Assembly (NCBI GenBank): GCA_963665235.2 | Contig: CAXXLX010000001.1 | Location: 3,712,001-3,776,000, forward strand | DNA: 64,000 nucleotides | Reading direction: 5' to 3' | DNA from: Candidatus Poribacteria bacterium | GTDB lineage: Bacteria; Poribacteria; WGA-4E; WGA-3G | In this document: positions 50,393 to 59,473 of the stretch, in pieces | How the letters are laid out: each line of letters starts with the position of its first letter | How positions within the stretch are numbered: position 1 is the stretch's first letter | Made by a program: the position numbers and the translations under genes | The notes under the pieces: model-generated | What the model saw: the letters and a program-made list of their open reading frames with translations, nothing else | What the model was told of the DNA's origin: nothing | Database searches by the model: none

Positions 50393-50866
50393 TTAAGGAG
50401 AGAAAAATTCACTGATTTTTTCTAACAAACGCCGGTGCCTCTCAGTTGAGATAGAACCGATGTACCCTGGTATATCATCTACTCCTTTCTGATCTAGAAA
50501 GCCGAGTCGAATCAGAGACGTGTCTATAAGAAAATTTACATCTTCATCTTTATCCTTATCAGCAATTTCGTCAAAACCCTTAACCTCATTTTCCAGCTTA
50601 CGAGATAGGCCACAAACAATAAATGCCTTATAATTTTCCGGCAACTTCCGCAGACAAAGCGCAGGTCTAATCTTTTCTGTTCCAGTTCGAGCGTCTTTTA
50701 AATACACCAAAACTACGTCCCTTTCCTTTATTTCTGGAAACTCAAAGGGGCAGTCCGTACACTTATACAAATGTCTTTCTTCTCCGGAGTCATAGCGCAT
50801 CTCCGACACACTGGTATTCTTCTTACATTTTGGACAATTTGGCAAGATGAGTCCTCCTTTCTGCAT
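50393..50866 (-). CDS. PemK/MazF-like toxin with N-terminal Zn ribbon
   Basis: CPKC..CTDC, then VVLV....G..K.RPAL.L, ..CGLS, SLIRLGFL, IGSIS.ERH..LL. Confidence 0.65.
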   Translation of the reverse strand: MQKGGLILPNCPKCKKNTSVSEMRYDSGEERHLYKCTDCPFEFPEIKERDVVLVYLKDARTGTEKIRPALCLRKLPENYKAFIVCGLSRKLENEVKGFDEIADKDKDEDVNFLIDTSLIRLGFLDQKGVDDIPGYIGSISTERHRRLLEKISEFFSP

Positions 50867-50999
50867 ATACCTGGATTCGCGTTTGCTCTAATGAGATGTG
50901 ACAATCAAAATAGATAATTATCTAGAAAGTTTACCACCTTGAATGTCAAAGTTCACTACAACCTTGAAGGCCATGCGCGCGGAAGCGTAAAGAACTCAC

Positions 51000-51617
51000 T
51001 TATTCGGCAGGATTCTCACAATCAGGATTTGCTTTGATGAGCATATCCAGTGTATATTCTGGTTCGTCATCGCCATAAGCCGCCTCAAGACCGCGCGCAG
51101 GCAACCACGTACGTGTTTCCAAGGAACCTTTATAGTCGGGATTTACCCCGATGAGCATGTCCAACGTATACTCAGGTTCGTCATCGCCATAAGCCGCCTC
51201 AAGACCGCGCGCAGGTAATAGTTCAGTTTGAACTGTCATCTCAATTTTCTCCTCATGCTTCTCAATCAAGTTACCAATGAAATCCATTAGTGGAGCGAAG
51301 AGGTGATTTTCATTCTCACCAACAACATCAATTAATTTTTTCGAACATGCGACAAGTCGTTCATAATCATCGTCGGTTAGCGAGGCTAAAAACTGCTCTT
51401 CATTTGTACCGATCAATGCATCAACAGTACTGGCAAGCGATTGAACTGGACTGCCCGGTTTAAGAAGTGATGCCGCAGCGAAGAGACCTAATGTCGCGAG
51501 TGACAGAAGGGTCTCATAACTCTGATGTATCGGTATCACACCAAGTCGAAGGGATATTTGCTTTTGGGCACCAAATCCGTGAGACTCTTCAAATTCACTG
51601 AGGGTTGCCATTAACAT
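51000..51617 (-). CDS. Composite antitoxin-like protein
   Basis: HigA-N-like DYERLV...LIDVVGENENH..L..IG.LIEK.E plus two copies of ARGLEAAYGDDEPEYTLDMLI..NPD; upstream of the PemK-like gene. Confidence 0.55.
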   Translation of the reverse strand: MLMATLSEFEESHGFGAQKQISLRLGVIPIHQSYETLLSLATLGLFAAASLLKPGSPVQSLASTVDALIGTNEEQFLASLTDDDYERLVACSKKLIDVVGENENHLFAPLMDFIGNLIEKHEEKIEMTVQTELLPARGLEAAYGDDEPEYTLDMLIGVNPDYKGSLETRTWLPARGLEAAYGDDEPEYTLDMLIKANPDCENPAE

Positions 51618-51902
51618 AGTTTATTCCTTTAAGCTTCTTTTATTGTGTTTCAGGTGTATGGGTGTGTAAAGCTTTTGTACAAAAGCATGTTGCCATGGAT
51701 ATTGCACGAATGATGTGCTCGGAGAAACCGTTGATTGTCCTTATCACATATTTAAGGTATACGGTATTTTACGAAAAAAGTCAAGTTAATTTTTTATAGG
51801 ACGTTTCTATAAGCATTTCGCCCTGATGGGGCTGCCCTTTGGTACACCCGAGTTTATTTTTTGGTGCGTTGTGATTGCTAATAACAGAATTTTTAGACAT
51901 AC

Positions 51903-52343
51903 TCAAAATCCTAGTTCACGAATCTCATCATCAGTGTCACCATCTGACACGGGGTGCTGCTGCGCCCATTCCTTCTGTTTGAAATGATGGCGCAAAAACG
52001 CTATGGAACCGGGAACGCCGAGTTTATCCGTAAGGATTTTCGCGCCCAATTCACAGATTTCAATATTGGTGAGTTCCAGTAAACCTTTACGCCATGCATC
52101 GATTCTTTCGGCCCTGATGCGTTCTTCCGCTTCCTGCGCGATTTTTCTCTCCTGAATCTGGTTGACCATTGTAGGGATATCCGGGTCATCATCTAACCAT
52201 TTATGCCGCTCAGCAATGTAATCGTAATCGTTAGGTTTACACTGCTTGAGAAACTGCTCCGTATAGGTGGGGCCCATTTGTCCCGTCAATTCTTCAAGTC
52301 CCATTTTATAAAGTTCGCCCTCTGTCATTTCTAATATCTCCAT
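51903..52343 (-). CDS. Hypothetical protein with two tandem antitoxin-like units
   Basis: E.Y..G.E.L...MGP....FL..DY..ERHKWL and EI.ELG.K.L..KLG..G...FL. Confidence 0.55.
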   Translation of the reverse strand: MEILEMTEGELYKMGLEELTGQMGPTYTEQFLKQCKPNDYDYIAERHKWLDDDPDIPTMVNQIQERKIAQEAEERIRAERIDAWRKGLLELTNIEICELGAKILTDKLGVPGSIAFLRHHFKQKEWAQQHPVSDGDTDDEIRELGF

Positions 52344-52949
52344 TTCAGACCTGCAAAACATCGCGAGCACCGCGCGCTCTTGAGGAGCGGGCTGCTCGCC
52401 TGAATACTAAAAGTAGTCTACAAAATATCACAAGCGCAGCTCGCTCCTATAGAAGTATAGCACAGTTTGACAAAGCATGGCAAACTTTTTGGACCAAGCT
52501 AGCCCCAGCGGGGCGGAATGTTTATAGCATGTTGGCGGAAACCTATGGCTGTTGGAAACCTTTAGCAAGAAGGTTGTGATGCTAAGTATATCTCGGCCGC
52601 GCGTCAGAGTCCTCTTCCTCTTGCCAATTGCTAAATTGCCAAAGAGATTGTTACGCACCGGACACTCTGCTTCCTTCGCGCCTTCCGTGATTCAGAAAAA
52701 AATGCGTAGATGTTAGCAACAAACCTCTTTTTTCCGCGTTCTCTGTGTCCTCTGTGTAATCCGCGATTCTGACAAAAAAGATGGAACATAAATACAAACA
52801 CTTTACACATGCCCTCTGACGCGCGTCAGGAACCTGTTTCGCCTCAAAACCTCTGGTTTCCAATCGCCAATCGCCAACATTTTTTACCCTTGACATACTA
52901 GTCGAATTAGTGTAAACTTAAAGGAAGCCTTAGAAAGGGAACTCAACAA

Positions 52950-53330
52950 ATGCAAGAAAAACGATATTTTACAGTTGAAGAAGCAAACCGATGTATTCCA
53001 CACTTGGTCGAAGCTATATCAAGATTAAACGTTCTAAAGGACGAATTGGAGCAGCTTCACGCTGTGCTCACACCGGTTTTTAAGGTGGTTTCAACCAATG
53101 GCGGCCATAAAGATGCCCCCGCTTTCTTCAGAATTGCCGAAGCATTTCAGATCATCGTAGAAAGTATTGCGCGCCTCGGCTGTCACCTCAAAGGACTTGA
53201 CCCGGGCCTGATCGATTTCCCACACCTACGCAACGGCAAAGAGGTCTATCTCTGCTGGCAATACGGTGAACCAGAAATCCAGTACTGGCACGACATTGAG
53301 GACGGGTTTGGTGGACGTAAACCGTTATAG
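52950..53330 (+). CDS. DUF2203-family protein
   Basis: RYFTVEEAN, KGLD.GLIDFP, VYLCW..GE..I.YWH....GF.GR.PL. Confidence 0.85.
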   Translation: MQEKRYFTVEEANRCIPHLVEAISRLNVLKDELEQLHAVLTPVFKVVSTNGGHKDAPAFFRIAEAFQIIVESIARLGCHLKGLDPGLIDFPHLRNGKEVYLCWQYGEPEIQYWHDIEDGFGGRKPL

Positions 53331-53503
53331 GAATGTGGCTATTGGCTGTTGGCAAGAAATATAAGAAAGAGAAGATCCGCTTTCTTTTCTTTGTCTTGCT
53401 AATCGCTAAGTGCTATTTGCTAATCGCGAAAAGTGAATGAACACAGGGAAACCGGACGCATAGCAGACATGGGACATACCTCTCCAATATACCGTATTTA
53501 CTG

Positions 53504-54301
53504 CTACAGTGCGCGTTGCTTCAGAAAATAGAAGTGATTTGTCGGCCCGTGCCCCTGTCCAATATCCAATGCATGTTGGATAGCATGGGTGATGTACGTC
53601 TTCGATGCCCGGATAGCGTCGATTAAATCGTTTCCTTGCGCGAGGTGCGTGGCAATCGCTGCGGAATAGGTGCATCCGGTGCCGTGTGTATTTTCCGTGT
53701 CAACCCGTTCCGCCTCAAAAAAGGCCCAGTCCCCATTGTAGTAAAGCACATCTATTGCCTTGTTCCCGCCGAGGTGCCCCCCCTTAACAAGGACAGCCTG
53801 ACAACCGAGCTCTGAAATCGTTCGTGCAGCGGCTTTAGCATCATCAGTCGTTTTAATTTCCTGTTGTGCCAACAGCTCCGCCTCATAGACGTTAGGTGTG
53901 ATAACTGTTGCAATCGGAATCAATGTCTGCTTGAGGCTCTCAATCGCTTCCGTTTTTAACAACGGAAACCTACTTTTAGAAATCATGACAGGGTCCACTA
54001 CGATTGCCGGTGGGGTGTATTCGCGTAATTTTCGTGCCACCGTCTCCACAATCGCTGAAGAGGATAACATCCCTGTTTTGACACTAGCCACGTCAAAGTC
54101 TGTAAAAACAGCGTCTAGCTGTGCCTCAAGTAATGCAATTGGTAGGTCAAACGCATCGGTGACCGCCACCGTATTCTGTGCTGTTACGGAGGTAATTGCA
54201 GACATTGCAAACCCGCCATTTGCTGAAATCGCTTTGATATCCGCCTGTATTCCGGCCCCGCCACCTGAATCCGAACCTGCGATTGTTAAAATCTGTTTCA
54301 T
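53504..54301 (-). CDS. thiD: Hydroxymethylpyrimidine/phosphomethylpyrimidine kinase
   Basis: LTIAGSDSGGGAGIQADIK, KTGML, VDPVM, TPN..E, THGTGCT. Confidence 0.95.
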   Translation of the reverse strand: MKQILTIAGSDSGGGAGIQADIKAISANGGFAMSAITSVTAQNTVAVTDAFDLPIALLEAQLDAVFTDFDVASVKTGMLSSSAIVETVARKLREYTPPAIVVDPVMISKSRFPLLKTEAIESLKQTLIPIATVITPNVYEAELLAQQEIKTTDDAKAAARTISELGCQAVLVKGGHLGGNKAIDVLYYNGDWAFFEAERVDTENTHGTGCTYSAAIATHLAQGNDLIDAIRASKTYITHAIQHALDIGQGHGPTNHFYFLKQRAL

Positions 54302-54644
54302 ATTTGCTCTGCCTAATCCTTGAATAATTGATAACACATTGTATCATGTCCATCAATTTGGTGCAAGGGTTTTATTGGCTGTTGGCAAATGGTTATTGAC
54401 TGTTGGAAACCATTGGAAACCATTGGAAACCAGAAATCTTTGACGCGTGTCAAAAACCTGCTTAGAATCACAACCTCTTGCTAATTGCTATTCGCTAATT
54501 GCTATTTGCTAAACAGGTTGACATGTTTCCTAAATCTGTGATATGCTTTAGGCGAGTTATAGGGTTTAAAACGCCATATATGTCACGATACAGTAAAATC
54601 TATAGGAAGGAAATTGAGAAATGCTATAGGAAGGAAATTGAGAA

Positions 54645-55406
54645 ATGCGATTGAAAGATAAGGTCGCGCTGATTGGCGGGGCTGGCGCAAATATGAGCCG
54701 GGCGACTGCACTACTCTTCGCACAAGAAGGCGCGAAGGTGGCACTTGCCGCACGCACAACTGGGAAAATGGAAGAGACTGCGAAACGTATCCGCACTAAC
54801 GGTGGCACTGCGCTTACACACCAAACCGATTTGACAGATGCCGCACAGGTAGACGCACTTATTGAGGCTGTCACCGCGGAATTTGGTGGAGTTGACTGCT
54901 TTATTCACGCCGCTGGCGGGTTTTTCTCAACGGAACACGATATTACCACTATGGATGCAACCTATTGGGAGGGCGCGTTGCAAAACAACCTGCGAACGCT
55001 TTTCAATCCTGTCCGCCGGCTTGTGCCGATTTTAGAAACACGCGGGGGTGGGTGTATCATTACCATTTCAGCCGGGGCACGTGTCCGTCAAGATGCAAAC
55101 GCCGCTTATGCCGCAGCAAAAGCCGGGATGGTAGCGACAGCGAAAAATCTCGCGAAGGAATTATACGACAAAAATATCCGCGCGCATGCATTATGTCCAG
55201 GGATTATCTGGGAACCGCTGCCCGACGGAAAAATCACCCCCGTAGAGACGCAGCTGGAACGACTCGGCAACCCGATCGATGTGGCTTATGCTGCACTATG
55301 GCTCTGCTCGGACGAGGCAGCATGGGTCACAGGATTGGAATTGACAATCGATGGCGGAGATGCCCTATTCATTGATTCTCCAATCCGACGAGAGGTGTTG
55401 GCATAA
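54645..55406 (+). CDS. SDR-family oxidoreductase
   Basis: KVALIGGAG, YAAAK, PG, DGG; SD region duplicated (24-bp repeat at 54600-54648). Confidence 0.88.
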   Translation: MRLKDKVALIGGAGANMSRATALLFAQEGAKVALAARTTGKMEETAKRIRTNGGTALTHQTDLTDAAQVDALIEAVTAEFGGVDCFIHAAGGFFSTEHDITTMDATYWEGALQNNLRTLFNPVRRLVPILETRGGGCIITISAGARVRQDANAAYAAAKAGMVATAKNLAKELYDKNIRAHALCPGIIWEPLPDGKITPVETQLERLGNPIDVAYAALWLCSDEAAWVTGLELTIDGGDALFIDSPIRREVLA

Positions 55407-55442
55407 CCTCGGGTATAGAGCAAACCACAAAATCTCAGCTCG

Positions 55443-56021
55443 CTATTCAGGGAACGTAATGCGCGCGTATATCTCTTGTAAAGGCAACTCACATTGAATA
55501 GAAGGGAGTGGAAGTTGTTCCGCAAGGTTTTGGAAATTGGTAATAATCCACGAATCTGTTTGCCGAAGGTGACGTTCGACGTTCACCCTATCTTGAGAAA
55601 CGAGGATATATTCTTGCAGGGAGTGGAGCTGTTGGTAGTGTGAAAATTTTTCGTTTCTGTCATAAAATTCAGTTGTGGGAGAGAACACTTCCACAAGAAT
55701 AATCGGATTGAGAAGTGTATCAAACGTTTTATCTTCAAAACGGGGTTCTTCACAAACAACAACGACATCTGGATAGAAATAGGACGTTGTGGAGGGGGTG
55801 CTCACACGCATTTCGTTTGCATACACTTCACATCCGCTACCTTTCAAGCGGCCGTGAAGTCCAGCCGAAATGTTCATTGTAATCAGGTTATGGGCACGAC
55901 TTGCCCCGGACATAGCGATAATTTCACCGTTGACGTATTCGCTTCTGATTGTGTGTGCTTTCCGTTCTAAATCAATGTATTCTTGAGGTGTAAGGTATGT
56001 CTGCGCTGCGTTCGTTGCCAT
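55443..56021 (-). CDS. Uma2-family endonuclease
   Basis: EY.NGEI.AM.GAS..HN, YPDVVVVC, VEV.SP.T, LQEYILVSQ. Confidence 0.9.
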   Translation of the reverse strand: MATNAAQTYLTPQEYIDLERKAHTIRSEYVNGEIIAMSGASRAHNLITMNISAGLHGRLKGSGCEVYANEMRVSTPSTTSYFYPDVVVVCEEPRFEDKTFDTLLNPIILVEVFSPTTEFYDRNEKFSHYQQLHSLQEYILVSQDRVNVERHLRQTDSWIITNFQNLAEQLPLPSIQCELPLQEIYARITFPE

Positions 56022-56073
56022 GATCTCCTCCCTGAATTTTCCGTTCCGTATAACTGCATTATAACATAACAGG

Positions 56074-57204
56074 TTAGCCATCTCCAAAGAGAGCGAGATA
56101 TTTCTCTAAGGCAAATAAGCGGTTGCGGTGGGATCCGGTAATCTCCTTCAGAATTCCGAGCTCTGTTAAGGATTTTAGGAGCTGATTAGCACTTGAAAAA
56201 GCCATTCCTAATTGAGCTTCAACCCAGCTTACGTTAACAATTGGCTGCCCAAACATGAGCCGAAGTAATTTGTTCGCGTTTTTCGCCCTGGAACCAAGCG
56301 TTAGGATTTCGGTGTCATATTCTTCACGAAGCGACATGATTGCGCGGAATGTCTCAATGCCGTGCTTTGCAGTGTCAATAATACCGCGTAAGAAAAAAAC
56401 GACCCACTGCTCTAAGTCATTTGATACGCGAACTCTAGAAAGTGAGTCGTAATAAGCAACCCTATATTCCTCAAAAAAGGAAGACATGTAGAGCACTGGC
56501 TTGCTTAGTATTTGTGCCTCGATGAGTTGCAAGACAATCAGCAGTCTCCCGCATCTGCCATTTCCATCTAAGAAAGGATGGATGGTTTCAAACTGATAGT
56601 GTGTGATGGCAACTTTAATCAGTTCTGGAATTTGTAGGGTGCGGTTGTGCCAAAATCTTTCAAGGTCGAGTAAAAGTGTTTGAATCTCCTCCGGGGAGGG
56701 GGGAACATAATGCGCGGTTGCTAATGATGAACCTCCAATCCAATTTTGACTTCTGCGAATTTCACCCGGAGCACTATGTTTTCCACGTTCCCCCGATAGT
56801 AAAATTTTGTGTGCCGCCAGTAGTAAACGCATACAGACGGACAGCTCTGGCAGTTTAGCTACCGAGAAGTTCATCGCTTTGATATAGTTCTGAACTTCGT
56901 CCCAATCGTCGCGTTTCTCCAGTGTGAGTTCTTCTTTTGGAAGCAAGACATCGTTAAGCTCTGTTTTTGTGCCTTCAATCAGATTGGAGTCCCTTGCCTC
57001 CTTCACCATCTTCATTTTGATGAAAAAATCGCCATCCGGTATCAGTTCCGCGTATCCGTTTAGTTCACCTAAAGACCTGCTTGCTTGTTCCAGAAGCACA
57101 TCTATTTGTGGATTTTCCCAAGTGAACTGACGGTTTACGAAGGAGGGCGTGAAACTTTCATATTCGCGTTGTTGTTTGTATTCACCCGCCACGAATTTTT
57201 TCAT
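56074..57204 (-). CDS. Fic-family protein with C-terminal HTH
   Basis: HYQFETIHPFLDGNGRCGR; S..IEG. Confidence 0.93.
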   Translation of the reverse strand: MKKFVAGEYKQQREYESFTPSFVNRQFTWENPQIDVLLEQASRSLGELNGYAELIPDGDFFIKMKMVKEARDSNLIEGTKTELNDVLLPKEELTLEKRDDWDEVQNYIKAMNFSVAKLPELSVCMRLLLAAHKILLSGERGKHSAPGEIRRSQNWIGGSSLATAHYVPPSPEEIQTLLLDLERFWHNRTLQIPELIKVAITHYQFETIHPFLDGNGRCGRLLIVLQLIEAQILSKPVLYMSSFFEEYRVAYYDSLSRVRVSNDLEQWVVFFLRGIIDTAKHGIETFRAIMSLREEYDTEILTLGSRAKNANKLLRLMFGQPIVNVSWVEAQLGMAFSSANQLLKSLTELGILKEITGSHRNRLFALEKYLALFGDG

Positions 57205-57221
57205 ATTAGCATTTCTTCCAT

Positions 57222-57398
57222 TTTTTCGTAATATAGAATTTTATATTACGGTTTTCAGCAATTTTTCGTAATATAGAATTTTATATTACGGTCTTCCAAA
57301 AACCTTACACACCCCTATATTATCATTTTTGCCTGTTTTTGACAATAAAGAATTCTATATTATCATTTTTGCCTGTTTTTGACAATAAAGAATTCTAT
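57222..57398. repeat. Two pairs of ~40-bp direct repeats in the moxR-fic intergenic region
   Basis: TTTTTCGTAATATAGAATTTTATATTACGGT x2; CTATATTATCATTTTTGCCTGTTTTTGACAATAAAGAATT x2. Confidence 0.85.
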
Positions 57399-57407
57399 TC
57401 TATATTT

Positions 57408-58391
57408 TCACTTTTGGAAACTGTTGCGGACTTCGGTGACAATAGTATCAGGCGCGATGCCTTCACCCTGCCCCTCAAAATTGAGAAGAATGCGGTGACG
57501 AAGTGCAGGCAAAAGCACAGACTCAACATCTGCCACGGCAACGTTATAACGTTCATCAAGGAGTGCTTTGATTTTCGCTGTGAGGACTATCGCCTGAACA
57601 CTCCGGATACCTGCACCTATGTGGACATAACGTTTAACGATGTCAGGTGCGTCCTCGGCATCCGGATGCGTTCTTCGGACGAGGCGGATAATATGACGTT
57701 CAACATGTTCGGCAATGATAACCCGACGCACAAGCGACCGCATCCGGTTGAGCGTTTCCGCCTCCGTCACTTTCTCAATGGTGATGGCCGTATCAGAGGT
57801 GGTGCGGCGCAAAATCTGAACGATTTCATCCTCATCGGGAAATTCAACGATGAGTTTAAACAAAAACCGATCGAGTTGTGCCTCCGGGAGCGGATAGGTA
57901 CCCTCCATTTCCAACGGATTTTGTGTGGCAAGCACACAGAAAGGCTCCTCAAGTTTGTGACTCGACCGACCGACCGTGACGGTCCGGTCCTGCATCGCCT
58001 CAAGGAGCGCGGATTGTGTACGTGGCGTTGCACGGTTAATCTCATCGGCAAGGATAAGTTGTGCGAAGATGGGCCCCTGCTGAAACTCAAACTGCTTCCC
58101 ACCATGTTCATCCTCCACGAGAAAGGTGGTACCGGTAATGTCGGATGGCATCATATCGGGTGTAAACTGAATCGGTTTGAAGGTGAGGTTCAGTGCTTCG
58201 CTGAGCGTTCGGATGAGCTGGGTTTTGCCAAGCCCGGGTACGCCTTCAAGGAGGGCATGCCCATCGGCAAGTAGACAAAGCAGGACACCCTCAATAATTG
58301 CGTCTTGGCCGACAATCCGTTTCTGGACTTCGGCCTTGACGTTATAGAAGGTCTCGCGGAAGTTATGAATTTGGGTTTCTAATGCTTCCAT
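57408..58391 (-). CDS. moxR: MoxR-family AAA+ ATPase
   Basis: GHALLEGVPGLGKT, IQFTPD, ADEINRA, LATQNPLE.EGTYPLPEAQLDRF. Confidence 0.93.
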   Translation of the reverse strand: MEALETQIHNFRETFYNVKAEVQKRIVGQDAIIEGVLLCLLADGHALLEGVPGLGKTQLIRTLSEALNLTFKPIQFTPDMMPSDITGTTFLVEDEHGGKQFEFQQGPIFAQLILADEINRATPRTQSALLEAMQDRTVTVGRSSHKLEEPFCVLATQNPLEMEGTYPLPEAQLDRFLFKLIVEFPDEDEIVQILRRTTSDTAITIEKVTEAETLNRMRSLVRRVIIAEHVERHIIRLVRRTHPDAEDAPDIVKRYVHIGAGIRSVQAIVLTAKIKALLDERYNVAVADVESVLLPALRHRILLNFEGQGEGIAPDTIVTEVRNSFQK

Positions 58392-58412
58392 TATTTGCTT
58401 GCTAGTAAAGAA

Positions 58413-59462
58413 TTACCAGTTGCCTCGCGTGACATAGAGTGACCGATTTTCCATGGGGAGTGAGATTTGCTTACCGCCCAACCGGTGCGATTCTATCATG
58501 CCCATGAGGGTTTCTTGGCTGCGCCGCGCGAGATGGACGGGCCCCTTCGTTTCCCGGTCCTCGTCAAGTGCTTCAGCGATGTCTGTGATGCCCATTACGG
58601 TGCCGGTAGCGCGGGAGGTCTCCGGAAACGGCACTTCCTCAAAGAAGGTGCCATCCTTTTTCCGAAATTGTACCTCTCTGCTGTTGTTCTGCACCCGGAT
58701 TTTGCCGCCAGTGCCGCACACCTCAAATTCGGGCCCGGTGCCCGCGGTGTTATAACCGTGAACGCCATTAGCGAAACGGATATAACCGCTCGTTACCGCT
58801 GGGTCTACGTTCAGACGGTTTTCATCCCAATCTGAGTCTTTACAGACAACGGTGCCCTGCACGAAACTGACCTCCGGGTCACCTGCAAGGAAGAGGAGCA
58901 TATCGGCGGCGTGGGTTAACCCCCAGAGGGCAGAACTCGCGCCGTATTGTGCAATGGTACACTGGACATTCCCGATTTCACCAGCATCAACCAGCGCGCG
59001 GACTTGACGATAGATAGGCATATATCGCCGCTGTGTGCCGTAGTTGAATTTGACGCCGTGCTTTTCAACGATGTCTACCATGACATCCGCCTCCTCCATG
59101 GAGCAGCAGAGCGGTTTTTCACAGTAGATGCCCTTGACACCGTTTTCAGCAGCAAACACCGTAATATCGGCATGCGGTCCGGGGCGTGTGGCGATACAGA
59201 CAATGTCAGGTTTCTCTTTTTCCAACATCTCTTGATAATCGGTATAGGCGCGTTCGGCACCGTAACGTTGGCGAATAGCTTCCGCTTTTTCAGCGACGAC
59301 ATCGGAGACAGCGATGAGGTCAGTTCTTTCGCAAGCGACTGCTGCAGCGGCGTGTGAAAAGGGTTGCCATATAAAGTTGTCCGGACGGTTTGCGACTTCA
59401 TCGTCAATGGTCGCACCCATCCGTCCACATCCGATGAGACAGGTTTTGTATGTACGTGGCAT
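58413..59462 (-). CDS. Gfo/Idh/MocA oxidoreductase
   Basis: IGCGRMG, CEKPL; AAGGAG SD. Confidence 0.9.
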   Translation of the reverse strand: MPRTYKTCLIGCGRMGATIDDEVANRPDNFIWQPFSHAAAAVACERTDLIAVSDVVAEKAEAIRQRYGAERAYTDYQEMLEKEKPDIVCIATRPGPHADITVFAAENGVKGIYCEKPLCCSMEEADVMVDIVEKHGVKFNYGTQRRYMPIYRQVRALVDAGEIGNVQCTIAQYGASSALWGLTHAADMLLFLAGDPEVSFVQGTVVCKDSDWDENRLNVDPAVTSGYIRFANGVHGYNTAGTGPEFEVCGTGGKIRVQNNSREVQFRKKDGTFFEEVPFPETSRATGTVMGITDIAEALDEDRETKGPVHLARRSQETLMGMIESHRLGGKQISLPMENRSLYVTRGNW

Positions 59463-59473
59463 GATTCTCTCCT

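Noticed and set aside
54302-54520. TPP riboswitch upstream of thiD (and purine riboswitch upstream of NCS2)
   Set aside because: No conserved aptamer motifs recognised; regions are filled with repeats
57339-58274. 311-aa + strand ORF
   Set aside because: Antisense shadow of moxR; similar shadows (for example 42316-43008, 38771-39523, 59565-60185) were also ignored
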